DNA of 64,000 bases from Octopus vulgaris (GCA_951406725.2 OX597820.1:64170001-64234000), one strand, 5' to 3'. Counted from the first letter of the stretch, positions 12,846-26,338 are shown. Notes: generated from the sequence alone by a model not told the origin. Made by a program: numbers and translations.

Positions 12846-15431
12846 GTTGGCACAGGATGTCATGAAACCTATATAACAAAAAAGTACGAAGCACGAGTAT
12901 ATGGAAAGTGAACTATTCTTTCGAACAACGAACGGCAGAAATGGAAAACAAAACAAACAACATAAAGAACGACCCTTCACCAGTTGTTGTCTGTTTCTCT
13001 AATCTCGTAATTCGAGCATTTAACAACAATATACACTTTCGATAAAACAGTTGCCCCCGCAACGCAAATTCCCACATGTCCATGATTGCATCGCCTATAG
13101 AAAACAATAATTTCATTGATGTGTCTTGTGTGGTGCGTGTGCAGGCCTATATGAAGATAGTACAGTATTTATGATGTAAGTTTGATAACATTGGAAGTTA
13201 AATTGTTATCAAGTTCAAAATTCTCACGGCTGTCAACTACACAAGGTAAACATATTTAAAACAATAATGATATATGCCTGTCGTATGTGATATATCTACA
13301 AAACCTTAGATAACATACAGTAAGTGGTTACATGTTCAGAAATCTATGACAGAAGAATTCAGTTCATATCCAGAATGCTCAGAGAGTTGGTTACACGCGT
13401 CTAATTGACATAAGCTGCATTCAAGAAGTTTCTACTTAGAACAATTGGGCTTAGTTCGCTTTACGTTTTGTAAATATGACATCGTCTCAGTATGCGTATG
13501 TTAGTGTAGGAATTTTGCAAAAGTGTAAGTATGATGTTGATGCTTATTGGTTTGTGTGTGAAATAGTCAAGTGGGTAATGTGAAAGTGTGAATGGGAGAA
13601 AGTGTGAGCGCTTGTGTATATGCGAATAGATATAATTAGGAAGGCAATAAAAAGAATGGCAGTTTTGTTTATTTGTAAGTAAATGCATAAATAATATAAG
13701 TTGTGATGGAGATGTGATTTTTTCCTATTTGAAAAATTTGAGAAAAACGTCTGAGGAGCTTGAATTCCGAGGTAAGAATAAATGTCCGACAAACTGGTAA
13801 AAAGTTCGATAGATTGTTAACAATTATTCCTTAAAAAGTTCGAGATATTGGTAAAATGCTGATCAGAGATGTTGACAAAGAAATGATACTGAAAAGTGTT
13901 ATGTAACATAGAGCAATCCAAGAAGAAAATAAATGTATTTAAAAATTCGAAAAACTACACGTTGTACTCCTACCACAAAGGAAAAGAAAATGACTGATGA
14001 ACGTAAGAGAAAACAAAAGTTGTCTTTTTTCAATGAAGGTCGGGTGCAAGTAAAAGGAAGCAGAAGAATGTGTGCATTTGTGTATGTGTGTGAGTGTGTG
14101 TTAGTCTTAAGTAAGCATAAGCAGTCTGTGACTCCCGAAAGGTTTTGAATGGCATCCTTAAAAGAATTCTTTCTTTCAGTATTATGGCCCGCATGATAAT
14201 GAATCGTGTCTCATGCAGTTTACGTTTCGTGATAAAGGCTGCCGATAGCTTATAATTAACACTCTTCGACATAGAATCACAGATGAATAAAAAGGGAGAC
14301 TGGAAGAGGGATAGAGGAACGAGTGATTCAAAGTTGCACATCACACATAAGAAGAAGTACTTTCTGGAGAAATATGTGCGAGTAAGTGTGATTGGGTGTC
14401 TGTGTATGTGTATTTGTTTTTGGATTTAACGTAGACGTGTGTAGGTACGTGTAAGCCCATATATCAGTGTAAGTATATGAGAGTGTAGATGTGTCAAGAA
14501 TAAAGATATAAAGTGAATAGAAATACATGTATGCTTGATTGTGTTGTGGATAGTAATCGTAGTTAGGTGTATGTAAGGTATGTACGTGCAAGCTGTGTAG
14601 AAGGGAAGAGAGTTTATATGCAGCAGGAAGTAGATAAAAATGGCAGGTTAGAAAAAGTGAGATGTGAATTAAGATTAAAAGGCGTGTAAATTTTGAATAA
14701 ATGCGCTATTTATCCCTCTGGAGGTGACTGGAGCTGTTCCTGTGTTAGACTCGAAGCCAAGAGACATCAGATATAATATCTGGAGCGAAAGTGTCACGAT
14801 ACAGGTGATGCATTAGTATGGTGAAATATATCTGGAAATGGCGTGACCTAGGGGTCGGATTTTCTATATGTACACGAAATTCGAAGAAAAAAACCTAATG
14901 CAATTAGAGAAATGATGATATATACAAACAAGTCTGGTTCGCATACGAGAGAAGGGTTTCCTTCATAGACAGAATCACATACACACACATACACACACAC
15001 ACACACACACATACACACAAACACACACAGACCCGCACAAAACAAGCACACATACATACATATATGCATATATAAACACATATACATGGAACGCATGATG
15101 CATGTGATATAAATATTTGTAGAAATGAAATAATAAAACCTGTTTTTATATAAAACAAATAAATGCATATTTACAAATTGGCATTGGAATATGTAAGTGT
15201 GTGCGTGCGTGTGTATGTGTGAGTGTATGTGTGTGCGTATGTGTGCGTGTGTGTTTATGTTTGGTTTCTAAAGAGGCAGAGAGAAAGAATGGAAGGCGCA
15301 AAACATGTGACATTGTTAGAATTGGAATAAATTTAACGTGAATTTCTGTGTCAATTTGTTGATAGCTAACGTGTTCTATAAGCATGCCTGTACACACACA
15401 CACATACACACACACACACAACATAAGTACA

Positions 15432-15466
<35 letters not shown>

Positions 15467-15485
15467 GTACATATATTTATGTATG

Positions 15486-15547
<62 letters not shown>

Positions 15548-16371
15548 GTATATATATACACATGCACACACATATATATACATACTTAGATATATACGTA
15601 TATATACATATACATACATACATACATATACACACACACACACATACATATATATATAACTATAGATATAGATACACATACACACATGTGCACATAAATT
15701 ATATGTAAAGTTCCGATATAAACAGAACTGATATATGTAACGTATATTATAATGCGCGTACTTTAAGTCTGTTCAGAAACTCATTAAAAATTTGCTAAAA
15801 ACGGTCAGAACAGATCAATGCAAAACTGTATAGTTTTCGCACACACACACATACACACATACATACGTTTGCTTCTATATTAATCTGTCTGTCTGCCTAT
15901 ACGCACAAGTTCATACTTGCATGTATATTCCATTGATGTAAATTCGGATACTTGTGTATGCATGAATCTGTGCAGCTATATTAAATTTATGCACATACAT
16001 TCATAATTAAGCACATACACACTCTGGCGAATATATATATGCATACGCAAATTCTATCTCTTCTAGATATAGTATAATATATACGTACATATATATATAT
16101 ATATATATACGAACACATATACACACACACGGACACAAATATATATATATATAAATTGATAGAGAGACAGAGAGGGGGAGGTGAGTGGGAGAGATGAGAA
16201 CGGAAATGATAGAGATAGAGTATGAAACTTGTTGCCGAATACACAGGTGTGGGAGTGTGGAATGAAGAGAAGAGAGAAAACTAATCAAGCGATGAAGGTA
16301 GATTGAAATATATCAATATAGAGAAATATAGAAAAAGACAGAAAGAAACAATGGATTACAAGCTAGACAAA

Positions 16372-16413
<42 letters not shown>

Positions 16414-17029
16414 CACCGATACACACACAGATATATACTTAGAGGTACAAACACAAACACGTATAAATATTCATCCACAAACACACACATATATATATAT
16501 ATATTTATATATAAGGAACGTAAACACAAAAACGGACACAGACAGATAGATTTTTGTATGTAGGCATGTATGTATATATGTATGCATGTATGTTTATGTG
16601 TCTATGTGAAAGAGAGAGGGGTGAGCGAGAGAGATAGTGATAGAGATAGATAAAACGCTTGCTGCGTTAGACATGCCCCAGTACCTGTGTTATATAGCTA
16701 AATATACAGGTTTTATTCTGTTAGGATACTCATGCATAAATAGCCTCATCTCTAGGCAAAATATCGGAAAGATGCGCAGACAACCACATATATACATTCA
16801 TATATATGTATATATGTATGCTTGTATATATATAGGCGCAGGAGTGGATATATATTTACAAGTATGGAGACGCTCACACTTACACACAGACACAAGCAGA
16901 AACACACATACATTCATATTTCAGTTGGATTATAAATATACATAAAGAGAAAAGATGTTATCCAGAAATAGTGAGATGGAGAGAGGGAAACACAAAAAGA
17001 GAAAATTACTCTAGACAGATTGGAAGATG

Positions 17030-17233
17030 GATAGATAGATAGATGGATAGACAGATCGAAATGTGTATAGATAGATGGATAGATAGATCGGAAGATGGAT
17101 AGATAGATAGATAGATAGGTAGATAGATACAAAGGCAGATCGATCGATCGATAGATAGATAGATAGATAGAAAGATAGAGAGAAAGAGATATAGATAGAT
17201 AGATAAAAAGATTGATAGATAGATAGATAGATT

Positions 17234-17265
<32 letters not shown>

Positions 17266-17266
17266 T

Positions 17267-17330
<64 letters not shown>
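17030..17330. repeat. long interrupted (GATA)n microsatellite
   Basis: About 300 bp of gata/gatg repeats, representative of the very many (TA)n, (CA)n, (TACA)n, (GA)n and (GATA)n tracts in the window. Confidence 0.95.
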
Positions 17331-17331
<1 letters not shown>

Positions 17332-17626
17332 CGAATGGAGAGACAGATATAAATGCAAAAATCTAGGAAGTTAAATCCGTTGCAAGTATACGAAGAGTAA
17401 AGGGATACAATTGTAAGCAAATGCAATTATGTAAACATATTTTAATGGAAATCTGAAAATAGACACATAAAAGACACAATAATAATGAATATTCTTTCTA
17501 TTTTTTGTTTCTTCTCGTTTCTCATCATTCTCTTTTCCGCAGACCTTTTCCTTCCCTTACGAAACTTCTTATTTTCTGTCTTTGTTTTTGCTGCTTTTGC
17601 CGTTTAGTTTCTTTCTTTCTTTCTTT

Positions 17627-17691
<65 letters not shown>

Positions 17692-17845
17692 TCTTTGTTT
17701 CTTCTTACTTTCTTTGTTTCTTCTTTTTTTCCTTCTTTCCTTTCTTTCTCTCTTTGTTCTTTTCTTCCGCTTTCTGAATCGTATAACTTTGAAAGTTATT
17801 AAAGTTGTATAACGTGTGTCTATATGCATGTCAATATACATACAT

Positions 17846-17885
<40 letters not shown>

Positions 17886-18005
17886 GCATGCATACATGAG
17901 CCCATACATACATACCTACATACATACATATATGTATATATGTCTATATGTATATATATATATATATATATATACACCTGCATACACATATATATATGTA
18001 TACAT

Positions 18006-18064
<59 letters not shown>

Positions 18065-18905
18065 TGTAGGTATACACGTGTGTGGTGTGTGTGTGTGTGA
18101 AAGGTGTGCCTGAATATATATATATATATGTGTGTGTGTGTGTATGTGTGTGTGTACCTTTACGTGTGTGGATATACATATATATTAAACACTCACCTAC
18201 GCATATACGCAGTTTATTAGTTCGAACCCACATTAATATCAGGTGTGCCGATGCCTGCTTAAATACACGCACATCAACCATTACGCACATGTACGCTAAC
18301 ACAAGGAAAAATTAAACCACTTACCTACCTACCTACATGCCTCCCTCCCTACCTACCTAGCTACCTACGTACCTACATACATACATACATAAATACATGC
18401 TTACATACATATTCGCAGCCACACCTATTCAGGTTCATGAGCGGTACTCATTATACACATCTAAATTTATCCAGCAATATATGTTTCCGCGCGATTGTGT
18501 GAGAAATATGATATAAATGTATATCTCTGTAGATTATATATATGCGCATTTTTTTTGCACATACTATATTTTGCTGTATATGTCTGTGTTTTGTGTGCGC
18601 TTGCGTATATGTAATAAATACATCTACATACAAAGACGGTGGCACACGTTTGTGTTCAGGCGGACAGACACATACAGTATATACAAAAATTTTCATATAT
18701 TATCAAAGATATGAACAATTTAGATTTGGCTGCTTCTGGCCACGATATGAAGTGTAATATTTTGCGCTCGCTTGGGCCTGCATTATACATCGTTGGTGGG
18801 GTGTTTCTGATCTGGGCGTATGAATGTATGAGTGCGTTCGTGGCTCTATGCTTCAATGTACAATTGTTTGCTCTCCTCTCTCTCTGTCTCTCTGTCTTTC
18901 CCTTT

Positions 18906-18958
<53 letters not shown>

Positions 18959-19206
18959 CGCCTGACTGTGTGTGTGTATGTCACATATATCTGTATGTAT
19001 GTATGTATGTATGTATGTATGTATGTATGTATATATATATATACATTCACACACAAATTTATGTATGGATGCATGCATGAATATATGTATATATGTGTTT
19101 GTGTATATACATATATATATGCATATATATACGTATGTTTGTGCATATAATGTACACACATATACGCATATATATATATATATATATATACACGAATATA
19201 TGCATG

Positions 19207-19249
<43 letters not shown>

Positions 19250-19898
19250 GTATATATATATTTGTGTACGTATGCATGTGTGTGTGTGTGCTTGTGCTTG
19301 TCTGTGTGTTATGTGTCTGTGTGTCTGTGTGTCTGTACGCCCATGTGTACGTGTATGTGTGTGTGTTCGGTGTGCTTAAATAGCTGACTGTCCGCTTGCA
19401 TGCTTCCGTTCTTTAGTCTGAGTGTCATTGAGTAATCGGGTCAGTTGATATTAACGTTCGCTAGACCATCCGTCCATTCGTTGAAGTTACGTCAAGTGGA
19501 GAAACAATGGTGAAAGAGAAGCTGAAAAAGTCTAGCCACGTGACATGCGGTGTCTGTGTTGTACTCTTGACGTAGTCGTTGTCAGCGCCGACGTCGTCGT
19601 CGTCGTTGTTGTAGTTATTGGTTTGTCTTGTAATGTGCAACGAATATAAACGGCTGTTAGGGGTTGGGTGGATAGACAGCAGACGTAGCGATTGTAGTTC
19701 TGTTGCCGGTGCTGTTGTTGGCAGTTGTGGTTAGCTGTTGATTGTTATAGTTGGTGTTTATATCATGTCTGATGATGGCTAGGATCGAGACATCTTTGGT
19801 AGTCATATTGAATGGTGAAGATGTTCATGTTGTTCTTACTATTGATGTTTGTCGGTTGCGGTGAAGCGGCGTTTTTTAACTCCATTGGAAAACACACC

Positions 19899-19961
<63 letters not shown>

Positions 19962-20128
19962 TCCCATCTCTTGTATTATCCAATTTAGATTCTTTACTCT
20001 TTTACACGGTCAGACTGGAACCTGAGTGTGAGTTTATTCCTATTTCTAAAAAAAAATAAGTGAACGTTTATCCAGTGCTCATCCAATGGTGATTGTAGCA
20101 CACCAGTTAGTCTTGCAAAATATGTAAA

Positions 20129-21045
20129 ATAATAATAATAATGAAATTATTGTATACAATGCTCAGGTGCACCACAACTTGTCAAAAGTGCGTATAAAGC
20201 ATATGTAGTAATGTACAATAGGAAGTGAATAGTGTATGAGTCAAATACATGCTTGCGTGTGTATGGAGGGGAGAAAATCAGGTGTAGTGTTGGCGAATCT
20301 CAGGAAGCATGGAATATTTGAAGGATGCTTCAGCAACTCTTAGCGTGAGAAAATGTTTCCGAAAGTCATGAGAGCTGAGCTGTTTTCTGACTTTGTAAAC
20401 ATATCCACGGGTGTTAGACAGGTGGAGTTTGAAAAAGTGCATAGAGTTATTGTTAGTTAGATGGTTAATAATTTTATGGGTGTCTGCCAAGTCAGCTGCC
20501 AGACGTCGGAGTTTCAATGTATCCATGCCCAGAGAAGTAAGGCGTTCAGAATATGGCACATGCCTGATGGAGGGTATTCTCTTGTTTGCACGTCGCTGAA
20601 AAGTTTCCAGACGATTAATATCCTGGGCAGGATAGGGGTTCAAGACCGTTGATGCATGTTCCAGATGAGGCCGCACCATAACTATATAAAGCCTCAGATA
20701 GCCAGAGAGTGGCTCACAAAGACTTGGTAAGTAACGCTAAAACACCCTCAGCCTTCTTGGCAATTTTAGCAATGTCTTTTGTCCAACGCAAATCGCTGTC
20801 GACAATAATGCCCAGATCACGTTCACAAGAAGACTTTTTGAGATTATATGGAGGGAGTAAGTAGCGCTGAGTTTTTCCTCCCAAAATGCATGGTGGTACA
20901 TTTGTCCACAGCCAGCTTGAGTTGACAGTCTATGATCCTTTGCTGCATTGTGTCTAGGTCTGATTGCAATAATGATCTATAGTGTACAGGATCTTCTCCT
21001 CTTTATTTCGAGGTACAGCTTCATATCATCTGCATATTCTAAGAA
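20129..21045 (-). mobile_element. CR1/L2-group LINE, 3' ~0.9 kb (RT C-terminus and 3' UTR)
   Basis: YADD at ~21035-21024 (minus). ORF 20278-20679 reads VRPHLEHAS...QRRANKRIP...YSERL..LG...LKLRRL..DL...RG..YK...RKHFLT.RV. (TTA)n tail at ~20130. Confidence 0.9.
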
Positions 21046-21182
21046 GCCAGTACCGGGAGGCGCTAGCTGACGCAGTCGACAAAGGACTACGAATTCAAAG
21101 AATGTTTGCTCCGTCTGTTTGAAGCAATGTTTTAACCCACTGGCAAAAATTATCATTTTGCAAATATATTATATGCAACATA

Positions 21183-21555
21183 TATGCATGTATTTATCTG
21201 TAACACATGCTTAAGGTATATGTAATAAGCAGTAAATGCTAAAATGTTTTGTAAGCATTTCAAATGAGATCAATTCAATATATTTGACACCTGGCCTGGG
21301 CCGCTTACCAGATTACACGTTTCCTATCTCTGACTGAAATATATTCGCTTTTGTTTTTCGGCTGATATTGGTGCAGATGAAGTTCTTTAGTGAAAAGTGG
21401 GGTGAACGTAACAGTAATTTCGAATGTGATAGCAACCGTTATTGATGGTGTTTAGACCATGATTAGACTTTATTTATCTAGCAGACCATTTATTCGATGG
21501 ATTCAAGTTATCACAAAGTTCCTCTTTTTGTATTTAATTATCGAGAATGATCAGT
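21183..21555 (+). repeat. diverged direct repeat, copy 1 (copy 2 at 22860-23240)
   Basis: Colinear shared blocks: tatatgtaataagcagt, ctaaaatg, ttaccag, ctgatattggtg, tggtgttta, ctttattt, atggattc. Confidence 0.8.
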
Positions 21556-22019
21556 GTGGATTACTGTATTCAGGATAGTAGAGGATGATTTGTTGAAAGT
21601 TTCCAACAACAGAAATTTTCCGAAAGACCACAGCCGGCTCGACATTGCCTCAAATGTGTAAGAGTTGTTAGTCATAGTATTTTTGTAGCCAATGTTATTA
21701 TTATGGCTACTGCTGCTGCTGCTGTTGTTGTTATTGTTGTTACTTAGTTCCATATGGAATTTGATTGAGGACACACTCAATCATAATAATTTCAGCCTTG
21801 ACAGTACCGCCTTTTAGTGATACAAAATCTTATATAATCTAATGTACGCTATTTTGAAATTAATAAGAAATATGTAATTTGTCTCGACTCATCTGAACTA
21901 TCCAGTTTCATGCCAATTTTATTTAACCCCAAAGGAGATACCCACTTTCATTCCTCAATCCATCTACTGTAACTTACACCTAGACCTTACGTATTCCACC
22001 CCACCCAAATCTTTTCCCA

Positions 22020-22540
22020 AAATTCAAAATATCTGGGACTCCCATCGTACCCTTTTTTTATTATGGTGATGTTGACTTAAAAGTGTTTAAGGTAGAGATG
22101 GGCTCTATAAAGATTCAGCCACCAATTATTGTTTGGCAATTACAAAACTCAGGTAAGATCCACTGTGGAGTACTTGTTCAATATCTCTAGTACCGCTACT
22201 ACACACAAACAGATATCTTAGACCGAATCCAGTGAAAGACCAATCACTTGATCGCTATAGTCATTCATTCTCCAACCTCGCAATCGCGGAAGGTCTCTAC
22301 TCACTCTGTTGCATTTACAGTGGCCTCTTATCTGCTCCTCGGGGCTGGATGGTTTCTTGTCCCCTTCATTGAAATACTTTCATGTGTCACTTCTATTTAT
22401 TTCTGATTCGTGTACTGTCAACTTTCCTTACACACGCGCCATCTCATTAACACTTATGCACTGTTCACAAACCCAACCCTCTGAAAAGTTCTTACTTTCT
22501 GACATGCTCTATCTAGGAGAAGTTTAAGTGGTACACTAAC
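22020..22540 (+). mobile_element. old CR1/Jockey-group LINE 3' fragment
   Basis: KYLGL, YKTQVRSTVEY and LDRIQ...LI motifs of the post-RT region, heavily decayed. Confidence 0.55.
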
Positions 22541-22859
22541 TGCATCAGTTTCACCAGTCTTTAGAGGGCCTGCGTTTGCCAGTTGCGGTACATCTTCCTC
22601 TAAACGTAGCTGATAAATACGGTGGTGCTGATTTGCAATTCATGTTGTTCGGTGGAAATACTGGCAACTGCTGTTGTTTAACACCAGCTCAAACCTGCGC
22701 ATGCTGGTGCTGTTTACATTGCAATAAACATTGTTACATAACAATGTAGCTCCAGTTTGAGCATAACTGAATAGAATTACAATCGAAACCATTTCAACTG
22801 TAGCCATATACACAAATATTCCTCAATTTGTTCAATGTGTCATTCATGTTTTGAACATA

Positions 22860-23240
22860 TACGCATGCATGCATCTGTAAACCTTAATTAAGTTATATGT
22901 AATAAGCAGTGAAGACTAAAATGCTTTGTGAACAATCTGAAATGGGATCTCTGTTTCATATCTGGCCAGGGTCGTTTACCAGGTTACATGGGCCCCGTTG
23001 CTTGCTGAATTATATACGTTTTTGATATTTTGTCTGATATTGGTGTAGGTGGAAATCCTTGATGAAAATCGTGATGAATGTAATAGTAGATACGAAGATG
23101 TAGCAGTCTTTATTGGTGGTGTTTACCCGATGGTCAGTCTTTATTTGTCTAACAGATAATTTCATATATGGATTCCAGTTATTGCAATCCTAGTTTCTCT
23201 CTTTTTTTTAAAGTTGTTATCAGAGACAAATTCCAGTATT
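22860..23240 (+). repeat. diverged direct repeat, copy 2
   Basis: Aligns colinearly with 21183-21555. Confidence 0.8.
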
Positions 23241-23389
23241 ATCTCTTGGAAACCCGGTACCCAGATGGATATCTAATTGGGAAGTGGAAATACTTGTGTA
23301 ATTTAGCAAGTCGCAATATGACCGTCATATTTTTAAGCTTCAGCTTCTAGCAAATCCAAATATTTCGTAGACGTCCTCCAGGTAGCTCA

Positions 23390-24000
23390 TAGCGGTGGTG
23401 GTTTTCGATATTGCTTGTGATAATGTTGATGATGTTGGTATTGCCGGTGATGTTGATGGTGTTACTGATGATAGTTATTTAGGTGGCGTTGGTCATGGTG
23501 CTGATGGTTGTGTCACTGTTGATGATGACCGTAGTAACGGTTTTAATATTAATGATTGTTTTTCTTGTTGCTGTTGGTTGAAGTGGGGCTCTTACTGATT
23601 GTAGTAGCAGAGATGGTAATAATGTTGTTAGTGTTTGTAACTTTTATGTTAATTGTGGTGGTGATAAAAATGGTGATTTTGGCAGTAGCAGTGGTGTCGG
23701 TCATAGTGGTGTAGTTGATGGTGGTAGTTTTGGCCGTGTTGGCGGTGTTGCCAATGATGGTCACGTTGGTAAAAGTGGTTGTTGAGACGGTACTAATGTC
23801 GATGGATGTACTCTTTTAATGTTTATAGCGGAGCTGCAATGTTTTGGTGTTGTTGACTATGACCATCTCGGTAATAGTTTTTATTAGTTCTATTGGAGAT
23901 GATGTAGGTGCTGTTCGTATTAGTGTTGGTGCTGCAGATGGTGTAGATATCAGTGAGGCTTTTGTTGGTGTTAGTGATGATGTTAATGCTAATTGCTGTT
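23390..24000. repeat. degenerate (GTT/GAT/GGT)n low-complexity tract
   Basis: Triplet-periodic G/T-rich sequence with scattered stops; only short biased ORFs. Confidence 0.6.
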
Positions 24001-25279
24001 GCCTCTCATCATATAACCACTCCTCCATTCAGACGAATTTGTGTTTATAGCACTGGTTTCAAGAGCGTAAGGGGTCTTCGCCATATCCGATGTTTTGACA
24101 TCGTCCTGTCCGGTCTGCCGAACGTAATCCAGATTAATGAATCTCACAAGAGTTTGGGGCTCTCGTTTAAAACATAAACAAATATATTATTGTCTCATAT
24201 CTGTTAATTGATAACAACTTGTCATATACACGGTGAATAGCGAGAATCGAAATGATAAAATGCACACCCATCCTCAATATGTTAAGAACATATAATCATT
24301 GGATAGGATGACAGAAACAACAGCGACTAGCATATTTACTTTCGAATCTGCCCGTGTCTACTAACATTGAATATGTGAATTATCGTATTCCACTATGCAC
24401 ATAACGATTTATCATAGGGAGTCAGGTCTCACTAAGCACCAGGAAATAAATTTTTTGCTGAAGTTTTAAATAAAAAGACTAAATATTAATTTTTTTAGAT
24501 GTATTCACTAGTTCGGTGTGCCTTTTCACTGACTAGAAAAGAAGAAACAGAAACAGTGGATGTCCCAGAGCTTTCTTACGCCAATGAATCGAGTGTCTTG
24601 TAAAAATACACACACATATCATATGTATATATATACGTAACATGGTAAAATTATAAAGAGGGCAAATTTTAGCCATTTCTCCGTAGACTGTTAAATATGA
24701 TGAAAAACCTTACTCGAATCTCGAACCTTATCTGAGTGATTAGTATTATAAGAGGGATGTTATAAAAGGAAAGTAAATTGTTGAAGCTTCGTAAAATGAA
24801 AAAGGTGAATTTCTCAAATTTTGAAAGTTTGTGTTTTATTTTTGAAAACGTGTTACACTAAAAGACAACGGTAACATGAGTGTAAATGAAACTTAGACAA
24901 ATTATTGAAAAAAAATAACCTTATATAAAATCATTATTTTACAAAAGTTAATATGAGAAAATTAGGTAATTTTATAAACAATTTTCTGACGTTAATTGAG
25001 AGAGAAATAAATTCCATTAAATAAATATCTTTTACTGTCTCTACAGCATTGAGTTCTTTCTTCACATTGTGATTTCCCATGTTAAAACGAGCAAGGCAAT
25101 TCTGTCATATGTTCATTATTGGAAATATTGCTGCTGATTTTAATGATTTGCTATTCAAACTATTCCTTTGTACAATCATTGCAACATCATTTGAAATATT
25201 GAGTTGAAAATATTAGAGTAAACAGAAATCTGACACGACACTTGTTTCATCATCGACAAAAAAATAGATATATCGGTGT

Positions 25280-25367
25280 TCCGAGTTCGAGAGTAGATCG
25301 AGGCCGTCAACGTCCCCGGGGCCTCCAGTCGTTCGCTTTACCGGACGGAATTACTTGTTCTCCCGCT
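25280..25367 (-). pseudogene. 28S (LSU) rRNA-derived fragment, helix 38 region
   Basis: Reverse complement reads TCCGGTAAAGCGAACGACTGGAGGCCCCGGGGACGTTGACGGCCTCGATCTACTCTCGAACT. This is colinear with the canonical eukaryotic LSU stretch TCCGGTAAAGCGAATGATTAGAGGTCTTGGGGCCGAAACGATCTCAACCTATTCTCAAACT (recalled, not searched). Confidence 0.8.
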
Positions 25368-25474
25368 GTACTGGGCTTACAAAGAATAACTCCCGGGGTC
25401 GATTTGCTCGACTAAAGGCGGTGCTCCAGCATGGCCGCAGTCAAATGACTGAAACACGTAAAAGAGTAAAAGAG
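25368..25474 (+). mobile_element. 3' tail of SINE family A (young, 5'-truncated) fused to the rRNA fragment
   Basis: gtactgggcttacaaagaataa...ggcggtgctccagcatggccgcagtcaaatgactgaaac...gtaaaagagtaaaagag. The whole insert is flanked by TATATCGGTGT at 25269-25279 and 25475-25485. Confidence 0.9.
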
Positions 25475-25707
25475 TATATCGGTGTCATTTCTCTTAGTAG
25501 ACTCTTAGATTGATACGGCTTAAACTCAAGACTATTAGTAGATATATTTTTTATGGTGGGGGTATTTAGAATTACGGATCTGATATTAATATGTGATACA
25601 TCTTGTCAGAAAATATTTTCATATTGTCAAGAAATATGGTATGTCTGTATGTATGTAAGTATGTATATACCTATATGTATATGTATATATATGTATGCAC
25701 AAATATG

Positions 25708-25770
<63 letters not shown>

Positions 25771-25775
<5 letters not shown>

Positions 25776-25912
25776 ATATTAATTAGAGAAAAACCACTAT
25801 TTTGCAAAACAAACAAGGAAAGACTTAATGAATACATAAAATTTTATGTATTGATTATGTCTTTCCTTGTTTGTTTTACAAAATAGTGGTTTTGTCTCTA
25901 ATTAATATTATA
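25771..25912. repeat. near-perfect loopless palindrome (~71 bp arms), probably a PLE-type inverted terminus
   Basis: atataatattaattagagaaaaaccactattttgcaaaacaaacaaggaaagac...cataaaa|ttttatg...gtctttccttgtttgttttacaaaatagtggttttgtctctaattaatattatat. Confidence 0.9.
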
Positions 25913-25992
25913 TAATATTTTACTATAAAATTGGATTTAATCCTAAATCTGATTTTTTCCCTGTAAATTTGGATTTATTCCCTAATATTTAT

Positions 25993-26070
<78 letters not shown>

Positions 26071-26212
26071 ATATACATATGTGTGTACATGTATATACAT
26101 ATAAGAACCCTCATATATAAAAGCACAAATGTATACAAACGCATATAAACACACGCATACTTACGTATATATACATATATATATAAATATATATATATAC
26201 ATACATATATTA

Positions 26213-26281
<69 letters not shown>

Positions 26282-26282
26282 G

Positions 26283-26313
<31 letters not shown>

Positions 26314-26338
26314 GATAGACTGATAGACAGATAGATAA

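Noticed and set aside
18639-18965. ORF with LGPALYIVGGVFLIW, vaguely claudin or transmembrane-like
   Set aside because: Short similarity only, runs into (TATC)n, and no supporting splice sites or other exons.
19700-19800. miR-34 gene
   Set aside because: No complementary star arm for a hairpin and an indel next to the seed; kept only as a possible target site.
23395-24050. Mucin-like Thr-rich and Val/Asp-rich ORFs
   Set aside because: Degenerate triplet repeats with frequent stops and no splice structure.
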